NCBI GenBank assembly: GCA_021781535.1
Contig: JAJXWO010000011.1
Span: 13,877 to 77,876 of the forward strand
Source: Deltaproteobacteria bacterium
GTDB lineage: Bacteria > Desulfobacterota > Desulfuromonadia > Geobacterales > Pseudopelobacteraceae
Direction: 5' to 3'
DNA: 64,000 bases
The position numbers and the translations under genes are program-made. The notes below the pieces were generated by a model. It was not told the DNA's origin and did no database searches. It worked only from the letters and a program-made list of their open reading frames with translations. Shown piece after piece: positions 56,580-64,000 of the stretch (position 1 is its first letter; every line of letters begins with the position of its first letter).

Positions 56580-57056
56580 CTACTCGTATTTTATGTCGAT
56601 TATTTCATATTCCTTGGTACCGGACGGAACAATTACCTTGACTGTATCATCCAGTCTATGACCAATCAGTGCTTTCCCGACTGGTGAGGTACACGATATC
56701 TTGCTCAATTTGATATCAGCTTCATCTTCACCGACGATCTTGTAGGTTACCTCTTCTTCCAATCCCGTGTCGTACACGGTCACCGTGCAACCAAACACAA
56801 CCTTGTCCGGGTTCATACCGGAAAGATCAACGACATGCGCACGAGCCAACTTGCCGTTAATTTCCTGAATGCGCCCTTCAATAAAACCCTGACGGTTTTT
56901 AGCGGCATCATATTCGGCGTTTTCTGACAAATCACCATGGTCGCGAGCTTCAGCGATATCCTGGATGACCTTGGGCCGTTCTTCACGGATAAGACGTTTC
57001 AACTCTTCTTGCAGAGATTCAAAACTCTCTTTTGTTAAAGGTATCGAATGAGACAT
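56580..57056 (-). CDS. greA: transcription elongation factor GreA
   Basis: 158 aa. It has the coiled-coil N-terminus (acidic tip GDLSENAEYDAAK) and the GreA C-terminal domain (SPVGKALIG). Confidence 0.95.
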   Translation of the reverse strand: MSHSIPLTKESFESLQEELKRLIREERPKVIQDIAEARDHGDLSENAEYDAAKNRQGFIEGRIQEINGKLARAHVVDLSGMNPDKVVFGCTVTVYDTGLEEEVTYKIVGEDEADIKLSKISCTSPVGKALIGHRLDDTVKVIVPSGTKEYEIIDIKYE

Positions 57057-57154
57057 CGAGTGGTCTACTCCTGTAAATATAAATTAAACTGGCCCTAACA
57101 AAGTGGAACGTGCGCTAACGAAACTTTTTTATGAGAATGCACAGAATACAACTT

Positions 57155-60100
57155 CTAAATTACTGCAAGATAATCTTGTATCGGCTTGACGGTCAACTTC
57201 TGCGTCTGTAATGAGAGGATACTGTCGGCAACAGCTTTTGCACCGGCAACAGTTGTATAATACGCAAGACCATGCATCAAGGCCTCTCGCCGGATCGAAA
57301 ATGAGTCGGCAACCGCCTGAGCACCATGGGTGGTGTTAAGTACTAACTGGACCTCTCCGTTCTTGATTGCATCGACAATGTGCGGTCTTCCTTCCAGTAC
57401 CTTATTGACGCGCCGAACCGGAATTCCTTTTTCTTCAAGAAACTGGGCCGTACCGCCGGTTGCCAGAATACCGAAACCGGCTTTATACAGTTTTTCAGCA
57501 GCGCTGACAACATGTTTCTTGTCGGCGTCCCGTACACTTATAAAGACATTTCCGGATAACGGCAGCTTTACATTGGCCCCTAGCTGAGATTTGGCAAATG
57601 CTTCGGCAAACGTTTCACCGATTCCCATTACCTCACCTGTTGATTTCATTTCAGGCCCCAACAGAGTATCAACACCGGGGAACTTTACAAAAGGAAATAC
57701 CGCCTCTTTTACTGACATGTGCTTCGGAATAATATCGGTGAGAACCGCCAGCTCTTTGAGAGTTTTACCGGCCATGATGCGGGCTGCTATCTTGGCAAGC
57801 GGTCGACCGGTGGCCTTGGAGACAAAAGGAGATGTTCGGGAGGCACGAGGATTGACTTCGAGAATATAGACGACAGTACCTTTGACTGCAAACTGCACAT
57901 TCATCAACCCTATCACGTTCAGCTCAAGCGCCATCAGAACCGTCTGACGACGGATTTCGGCAACGATTTCCTGGCTGATCGAATATGGTGGCAGACTGCA
58001 GGCCGAGTCACCAGAATGAATACCTGCCTCCTCAATATGCTCCATAATCCCGCCAATCACAACATCTGTTCCATCACAGAGCGCATCAACGTCAATCTCG
58101 ATCGCCTCATCGAGAAAACTGTCGATCAGTATCGGATGTTCCGGAGAAACCAGCACGGCTGTTTTCATATAACGCTGCAGATTTTCCGAGTCATACACGA
58201 TTTCCATGGCGCGTCCGCCAAGCACATAGGAGGGGCGAACGACAACCGGATACCCGATGCGCTCCACCACTTTTTCCGCTTCCTCAAATGAGCGGGCAGT
58301 ACCGTTTTCCGGCTGAAGAAGACCTAGTTTTTGAAGCATCTCCTGAAACCGTTCCCTATCCTCCGCACGATCGATCGCATCCGGTGACGTTCCGATAATC
58401 GGCACACCGGCCTTCTCCAGCGCGACCGCAAGTTTAAGCGGTGTCTGGCCACCAAACTGGACAATCACACCAACCGGTTTCTCGATAGCAACAATTTCCA
58501 GTACATCTTCGAGAGTCAATGGCTCAAAATAAAGTCGATCCGACGTATCATAATCGGTGGAAACCGTTTCAGGATTGCAGTTGACCATGATGGTCTCATA
58601 GCCGTCTTCAGCCAACGCGAAGGCGCCATGCACACAGCAGTAATCAAACTCGATTCCCTGCCCGATCCGGTTTGGTCCACCGCCCAGAATCATGATCTTT
58701 TTCCGGTCTGTCGGCGCCGCTTCACACTCTTCCTCATAGGTTGAGTACATATACGGCGTGTAGGCAACGAACTCGGCGGCGCAAGTATCAACGCGCTTGT
58801 AAACGGGACGCACACCCAGCTTCCAGCGCAGTTCGCGCACCTCATCCTCACTGCATCTCCAGAGTTTGGACAGGAATTTGTCCGAAAAACCGTACTGCTT
58901 GGCTTCACGCAGCACTGCAACGGAAACGTCCGCAAGGGTAAGAGACTTCAGCTCTTCCTCTTTTTCTATGATCTGACGGATATTGTGCAGGAACCAGGGA
59001 TCGATGGCGGTATGTTTTTGAATTTCCTCCACGCTCATGCCGCTGCGCAGGGCATCGCCGATATACCAGAGCCTGTCGGCATTCGGTACCCGCAGTTTTT
59101 CCAGCAGCAGTTGCTGCTCCTTGCCGGTCAGAGCCCGCCTGGTTTCGCTCCCGAGTTCAAACATCCTGGAATCGAAGCCACTGACGCCGATCTCAAGCGA
59201 CCTGATCGCTTTCTGGAATGATTCCTTGAAGGTTCGGCCGATAGACATGACTTCACCAACCGATTTCATCTGCGTCGTCAGTGTTGCGTCGGCGGCCGGG
59301 AACTTCTCAAACGTGAAGCGGGGGATTTTGGTGACAACATAGTCTATGCTCGGCTCGAAACAGGCCGGAGTTTCGCGGGTAATATCATTGGTGACCTCAT
59401 CCAGCGTATAGCCGACCGCCAACTTCGCCGCAATCTTGGCAATCGGGAAACCGGTCGCCTTGGAGGCCAGCGCCGATGAGCGCGACACCCGCGGATTCAT
59501 CTCGATCACGACCAGACGACCATCACGCGGATTAATGCCGAACTGGATGTTGGATCCGCCGGTATCGACACCGATCTCACGAATGATCTTCAGCGAAGCA
59601 TCACGCAGGATCTGGTATTCCTTATCGGTCAGAGTCTGGGCAGGAGCAATGGTGATAGAGTCACCGGTATGAACGCCCATCGGATCGAAGTTCTCGATCG
59701 AGCAAATGATCACGACGTTATCGGCCGTATCGCGCATGACTTCCAACTCGTACTCTTTCCAGCCGATAACAGATTCTTCAATCAGTATTTCATCCGTTGG
59801 CGAGGCATCGATTCCGCCCAGTGCCATTTTTTCGTATTCCTCGAGATTGTAGGCGATGCCGCCGCCGCTTCCCCCCAAGGTGAATGATGGCCGGATAATG
59901 GCCGGAAAACCGATGGTTTTGATAACCTCCATCGCTTCGGTATAATTATGTGCCAAACCTGAATTGGGAACCGCCAGCCCGATCTTCTCCATGGCCGCCT
60001 TGAAAAGGGTGCGATCCTCCGCTTTCTTGATTGCCGGAAGCTTTGCGCCGATCAGTTCTACGCCGAATTTTTCGAGAATACCCATTTCAGCAACGGAGAC

Positions 60101-60397
60101 TGCAGTATTAAGCGCCGTCTGGCCACCAAGCGTCGGCAAAATAGCATCGGGGCGTTCCTTCTCGATAATTTTGGCAAGGATTTCCGGCGTCACCGGCTCA
60201 ATATAGGTGCGGTCGGCAAAATCGGGATCTGTCATAATGGTGGCCGGATTACTATTCAGTAGTACAACCTCGTAGCCCTCTTCCTTCAACGACTTGCAGG
60301 CCTGAGTGCCGGAATAGTCAAATTCACAGGCCTGACCGATGACGATCGGACCGGCGCCAATAATAAGTATCTTGTTTATATCTGTTCTTTTAGGCAT
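57155..60397 (-). CDS. carB: carbamoyl-phosphate synthase large subunit
   Basis: 1080 aa. [35 protein letters not shown] is the canonical CarB N-terminus. It has duplicated ATP-grasp halves and an MGS-like C-terminus. Confidence 0.97.
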   Translation of the reverse strand: MPKRTDINKILIIGAGPIVIGQACEFDYSGTQACKSLKEEGYEVVLLNSNPATIMTDPDFADRTYIEPVTPEILAKIIEKERPDAILPTLGGQTALNTAVSVAEMGILEKFGVELIGAKLPAIKKAEDRTLFKAAMEKIGLAVPNSGLAHNYTEAMEVIKTIGFPAIIRPSFTLGGSGGGIAYNLEEYEKMALGGIDASPTDEILIEESVIGWKEYELEVMRDTADNVVIICSIENFDPMGVHTGDSITIAPAQTLTDKEYQILRDASLKIIREIGVDTGGSNIQFGINPRDGRLVVIEMNPRVSRSSALASKATGFPIAKIAAKLAVGYTLDEVTNDITRETPACFEPSIDYVVTKIPRFTFEKFPAADATLTTQMKSVGEVMSIGRTFKESFQKAIRSLEIGVSGFDSRMFELGSETRRALTGKEQQLLLEKLRVPNADRLWYIGDALRSGMSVEEIQKHTAIDPWFLHNIRQIIEKEEELKSLTLADVSVAVLREAKQYGFSDKFLSKLWRCSEDEVRELRWKLGVRPVYKRVDTCAAEFVAYTPYMYSTYEEECEAAPTDRKKIMILGGGPNRIGQGIEFDYCCVHGAFALAEDGYETIMVNCNPETVSTDYDTSDRLYFEPLTLEDVLEIVAIEKPVGVIVQFGGQTPLKLAVALEKAGVPIIGTSPDAIDRAEDRERFQEMLQKLGLLQPENGTARSFEEAEKVVERIGYPVVVRPSYVLGGRAMEIVYDSENLQRYMKTAVLVSPEHPILIDSFLDEAIEIDVDALCDGTDVVIGGIMEHIEEAGIHSGDSACSLPPYSISQEIVAEIRRQTVLMALELNVIGLMNVQFAVKGTVVYILEVNPRASRTSPFVSKATGRPLAKIAARIMAGKTLKELAVLTDIIPKHMSVKEAVFPFVKFPGVDTLLGPEMKSTGEVMGIGETFAEAFAKSQLGANVKLPLSGNVFISVRDADKKHVVSAAEKLYKAGFGILATGGTAQFLEEKGIPVRRVNKVLEGRPHIVDAIKNGEVQLVLNTTHGAQAVADSFSIRREALMHGLAYYTTVAGAKAVADSILSLQTQKLTVKPIQDYLAVI

Positions 60398-60420
60398 TTA
60401 CACACCACTCCTTCGTGTAT

Positions 60421-60747
60421 TTATCGAAATATAAAGAAAACGGCTCCGGCCAGACAGCAGGCGGCCCAGAGGTAATTCCAGGTAAGACTTGTTCCCATAT
60501 AAAAAACGGCAAAGGGGACGAACACCGTCAGGGTAATGACTTCCTGCATGATCTTCAACTGGGCCAGAGTGAACCGGCCATAGCCGATCCGGTTCGCCGG
60601 AACCTGGATCAGATATTCAAAAAAAGCGATTCCCCAGGAAACTGCAACTGCGATCAACCAGTGGCGGGTGCGCAAATTTTTGAGGTGCGCATACCAGGCG
60701 AAGGTCATAAAAATGTTGGAGAAGACCAGCAAAATGATGGTCTTCAT
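60421..60747 (-). CDS. DUF486 / DMT-superfamily small membrane protein
   Basis: 108 aa with four hydrophobic helices. The motif FMTFAWYAHLK is typical of DUF486 as I recall it. Its start overlaps the upstream radical SAM stop (ATGA). Confidence 0.75.
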   Translation of the reverse strand: MKTIILLVFSNIFMTFAWYAHLKNLRTRHWLIAVAVSWGIAFFEYLIQVPANRIGYGRFTLAQLKIMQEVITLTVFVPFAVFYMGTSLTWNYLWAACCLAGAVFFIFR

Positions 60748-61673
60748 ACCGCACCGCGCTCTTCGTCAAGATCCTGTACCCATCCATTTTCAAGGCCCGC
60801 TTTTTCCAGTGCATCAACCGCCGCGTCATACTCTTCATGATTCACGGGGCGGTTCATCCCTGCAATTTCAACCGCTTTGTGTGCCGGAAAATATTGACTC
60901 ATCAAAGAGACATGAGTCTCCTGGCCCAGGTTATCGGCAATCCACTGGAGCGTTTCAGATGTTCCTGCCTTCCCCTCCGGCAGGACGAGATGCCGAACGA
61001 GCAGACCCTGAGTGGCGATGTCATTATCATCGACTTGAAGTTGCCCAACCTGGCGCAGCATCTCTGTCGCCGCAGCGCGATTGATCCGGCAATAACCAGG
61101 AGCAGAAGAGATCTCGACAGCCGGAACATCGTCACTGTATTTCATATCCGGCAGGTAGATCGAGACAATTCCGTCCAGAAGTTGCAGAACATCAACCTTT
61201 TCGTACCCGCTGCTGTTCCAGACAATCGGCAACGTAAAACCGTGCGGAATCGCCAGCCAGAGTGCCGCCAGGATCTGCGGCAGATAGTGGGTCGGAGTAA
61301 CAAAATTGATATTATGAACACCCTGTCGCTGCAGCTTGAGCATGCGACCGGCCAACTCTCGGGTGGTGATCACTTCACCGTTGCCAAACTGGCTAATAGG
61401 GAAATTCTGACAGAAGACACATTTCAAAGAGCATCCTGACAGAAAGATGGTACCGGACCCTTTTGTCCCCGAGATCGGTGGTTCCTCTCCCTTATGCACA
61501 GTTGCCGATGCAATTTTTGGCTTTAACCCCGCCCCGCAGATGCCTCGTTCACCTTTAATGCGATTGACACCACAATCATGGTGGCAGAGATTACAGGCAG
61601 CCAGCCGACGGTAAGACTCACCAATTCTGTCTAATAATTCGCCGGAATGATAAAGAGCCGTATACGTCACCAC
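60744..61673 (-). CDS. radical SAM protein, PflX-like (COG1313-type homolog of pyruvate formate-lyase activases)
   Basis: 309 aa. It has the radical SAM motif GCSLKCVFCQN (CxxxCxxC) and an extra N-terminal Cys cluster CNLCHHDCGVNR, typical of the PflX group. Its GTG start directly abuts the carA stop. Confidence 0.85.
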   Translation of the reverse strand: MVTYTALYHSGELLDRIGESYRRLAACNLCHHDCGVNRIKGERGICGAGLKPKIASATVHKGEEPPISGTKGSGTIFLSGCSLKCVFCQNFPISQFGNGEVITTRELAGRMLKLQRQGVHNINFVTPTHYLPQILAALWLAIPHGFTLPIVWNSSGYEKVDVLQLLDGIVSIYLPDMKYSDDVPAVEISSAPGYCRINRAAATEMLRQVGQLQVDDNDIATQGLLVRHLVLPEGKAGTSETLQWIADNLGQETHVSLMSQYFPAHKAVEIAGMNRPVNHEEYDAAVDALEKAGLENGWVQDLDEERGAV

Positions 61674-62801
61674 CTACACCGCCTTATGCTTCTCCATCAA
61701 GTCAACAAACCGCTCGAATAAATATTGAGAATCATGCGGCCCCGGTGACGCCTCGGGGTGATGCTGAACCGAGAAGATAGGTAATTCGCAGTGGTGGATC
61801 CCCTCAACGGTCTGATCATTCAGGTTCTCATGCCCCAGGCAGGCTGCATCCCCCAGTGAATCGAGATCTACGGCAAAGCCGTGATTCTGGGAGGTAATCT
61901 CAACCTTGCGGGTCTGCATATCCATAACCGGCAGGTTTGAGCCATGGTTACCGAACGGGAGCTTTGCCGTCTTCCCACCCAAGGCGAGCCCAAGCAACTG
62001 GTGCCCGAGGCAGATACCGAAGATCGGCTTTTTGCCGACAAATTTTCTGATTTCATTTTGTACGTCGACCAGAGGCTCCGGATCTCCTGGTCCATTACTG
62101 AGAAAAATGCCGTCCGGGTTCATGGCCAGCGCTTTTTCTGCAGGAAAATTGGCCGGTACCACGGTTACGTCGCAGCCAACATGTACCAGGCAACGCAGAA
62201 TATTGTATTTGATACCGAAATCGTAGACCACAACCTTATATTTCAATGTCGACGGATCGATTTGAGGATAGCCCCCCTCCAGATCCCACACACCCTCTGT
62301 CCAGTGATACGGCTTGTCGCAGGATACGTCTGACGCCAGGTCAAGCCCGGTCATGCTGGGGACAGCCTGAGCCTTGGAGATCAGGCTTGCATGATCAAGA
62401 TCAACGGTGGAAATGATACCGTTCTGTGCTCCATTGTCGCGCAGGTGGCGCGTCAGGGCACGAGTATCGATTCCCTGGATACCGACCACCCCATTCTCCA
62501 TAAGGTAGGAGGCAAGGCTCATGGTGGCACGCCAGTTTGAATAACACTCAAGGTACTCTTTGACGATAAAACCGGATAAGAACAGGCCGCGGCTCTCGAT
62601 ATCTTCGGAGTTAATGCCGGTGTTGCCAATCTGGGGACAGGTCATGGTGACCATCTGCCCCTTGTAGGAGGGATCGGTCAACACTTCCTGATACCCGGAC
62701 ATGGCGGTGTTGAAGACTACTTCACCGCTGGCTTCTCCCGGTGCTCCGAATGACTTTCCTTCAAAAATGCGCCCGTCGGCGAGCGCAAGGATTGCTTTCA
62801 T
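61674..62801 (-). CDS. carA: carbamoyl-phosphate synthase small (glutaminase) subunit
   Basis: 375 aa. It has the class-I glutamine amidotransferase motif GICLGHQLL (catalytic Cys) and the HPE triad region. Confidence 0.95.
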   Translation of the reverse strand: MKAILALADGRIFEGKSFGAPGEASGEVVFNTAMSGYQEVLTDPSYKGQMVTMTCPQIGNTGINSEDIESRGLFLSGFIVKEYLECYSNWRATMSLASYLMENGVVGIQGIDTRALTRHLRDNGAQNGIISTVDLDHASLISKAQAVPSMTGLDLASDVSCDKPYHWTEGVWDLEGGYPQIDPSTLKYKVVVYDFGIKYNILRCLVHVGCDVTVVPANFPAEKALAMNPDGIFLSNGPGDPEPLVDVQNEIRKFVGKKPIFGICLGHQLLGLALGGKTAKLPFGNHGSNLPVMDMQTRKVEITSQNHGFAVDLDSLGDAACLGHENLNDQTVEGIHHCELPIFSVQHHPEASPGPHDSQYLFERFVDLMEKHKAV

Positions 62802-62825
62802 AGACTATAGCTCCTGAATTCTCTT

Positions 62826-64000
62826 TTAACGTTTGTATACGAGCTTACCGCCCACTATGGTTGCAACAGCCCCCCCGTTAAGCTTTTGGCCAAGCCAGGG
62901 GGAGTTTTTAGACTTGCTTGCCAATGCATCAGCGTTAACAAGCCACTCAAACTTTGGATCGATCAAGGTGACGTCAGCAATCGAACCCGGCTTAAGAGTT
63001 GCTCTGTTTAAACCGAGTATATTCGAAGGATTACAAGACATTTTTTCAACCAGCTGATTAAGTGTCAGCACACCTTCATCAACCAGACAAAGCGACAGCG
63101 GCAGGGATGTTTCCAACCCGATTATGCCATTCATGGCCACATTGAATTCGACATCCTTTTCGTCCTGGTGATGCGGCGCGTGATCGGTCGCAATGACATC
63201 AATGGTGCCGTCCTTCAGCCCTTCCTTGATAGCGGCTACGTCTGCAGCTTCCCTCAAAGGCGGGTTCATCTTTGCATTGGTGTTATAGCCGCGCACCGCA
63301 TCATCGGTCAGAGTGAAATAATGCGGCGCTGTTTCACAGGTCACTTTAACGCCGCGCGCTTTAGCTTCGCGGATAATACGTACCGAACCCTTTGTAGAAA
63401 CATGGGCTATATGAATCGGCGTACCGGTATACTCCGCCAGCAGAGTCTCTCGGACCGTGGCAATATCTTCGGCGACGCACGGAATCCCCTTCAGCCCCAG
63501 TTCGGTAGAGGTGAAGCCTTCATTCATAACCCCTTCGCCCACCAGTTCCAGCTCCTCGGCATGCGAAATCACCATAATGCCGATGCCGGCCGCATACTGC
63601 AGGGAGCGCATCATCAATTCACTGTTAATGACCGGCCTACCGTCATCAGAGACTGCAACGCACCCCGATTCCTTCAACTCGCCCATCTCTGCCATGCGGT
63701 CTCCGGAAAGCCCATAGGTAATGGAGCCAACCGGGAAAACGTTACAGAGGCCTTCCGTCTTTGCCTTGTTGATAATATAGCTGGCAACCGCTTTATTGTC
63801 GATGACCGGCTTGGTGTTCGGCATGCAGCAAACTGAGGTAAATCCGCCCGCTACTGCGGCTTTTGTACCGGAGACTATATCTTCCTTGTATTCAAGTCCC
63901 GGATCACGCAGATGAACATGCATATCGATCAGGCCAGGCACCACATATTTGCCGGCAGCATCGATAATTTCAACTCCAGCCGCTGCAGCAAGTCCCTTCC
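62826..64000 (-). CDS. pyrC: dihydroorotase (partial; the N-terminus lies beyond the window end)
   Basis: The reading frame stays open to position 64000 (...[25 protein letters not shown]). The metal ligands HVH, the DHAPH motif (ATDHAPHH) and an amidohydrolase fold pattern are visible. Confidence 0.9.
   Translation of the reverse strand, partial: KGLAAAAGVEIIDAAGKYVVPGLIDMHVHLRDPGLEYKEDIVSGTKAAVAGGFTSVCCMPNTKPVIDNKAVASYIINKAKTEGLCNVFPVGSITYGLSGDRMAEMGELKESGCVAVSDDGRPVINSELMMRSLQYAAGIGIMVISHAEELELVGEGVMNEGFTSTELGLKGIPCVAEDIATVRETLLAEYTGTPIHIAHVSTKGSVRIIREAKARGVKVTCETAPHYFTLTDDAVRGYNTNAKMNPPLREAADVAAIKEGLKDGTIDVIATDHAPHHQDEKDVEFNVAMNGIIGLETSLPLSLCLVDEGVLTLNQLVEKMSCNPSNILGLNRATLKPGSIADVTLIDPKFEWLVNADALASKSKNSPWLGQKLNGGAVATIVGGKLVYKR

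Noticed and set aside
1-64000. A window-wide look for CRISPR arrays, IS elements or transposases, integrases, prophage genes, toxin-antitoxin pairs and known defence-system genes.
   Set aside because: None of the ORF translations shows the corresponding motifs, and no regularly spaced repeat array is visible. The window looks like core chromosome with a few accessory insertions.

Overview
This 64-kb window is a chromosomal segment with about 50 protein genes and 2 tRNAs (tRNA-Gln, tRNA-His). I saw no rRNA, CRISPR array, transposase, integrase or phage genes. Most of it is housekeeping or transport, in this order:
- trehalose synthesis: treZ, a GH57 gene, and treY (cut by the window edge)
- an ion-homeostasis cluster: ClC channel, P-type ATPase, NhaA
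- yjcH-actP with an IclR regulator
- a peptide-type ABC importer headed by a TPR lipoprotein
- a CNNM protein, an AsmA/YhdP-like protein, lpxC and cysE
- ispE and tRNA-Gln, then a 3.4-kb accessory block, then prs-ctc-pth-ychF
- a csp gene, secA-argJ, a REC protein and trpDC
- an NtrY/NtrX-like two-component pair, a DUF327 protein, a TPR protein and a TatD-radical SAM fusion
- an amino-acid ABC importer and tRNA-His
- a MoxR-DUF58-transglutaminase module, DUF1858 and greA
- carB, DUF486, a radical SAM gene, carA and pyrC (cut by the window edge)

The gene order, three uncharacterised radical SAM enzymes, PilZ proteins and sigma-54 components suggest an anaerobic Desulfuromonadales/Geobacter-like deltaproteobacterium. 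That is inference only.

I cannot point to a clear-cut new system. The best candidates for undescribed biology are:
1. A PflX-like radical SAM gene and a DUF486 membrane-protein gene tightly packed between carA and carB (4-nt overlap with each other, 0- and 23-nt gaps to carA and carB).
2. The accessory block next to tRNA-Gln: two intact single-domain PilZ receptors, a DUF1737-like small protein and an orphan B12-binding-type radical SAM enzyme.
3. A TatD hydrolase fused to a radical SAM domain.
4. A MoxR-DUF58-transglutaminase module whose DUF58 N-terminus lies upstream of any canonical start codon.
5. A sigma-54 activator with a degenerate GAFTGA loop (SAFVGA).

All functional calls come from reading motifs in the translations. 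No database search was run.
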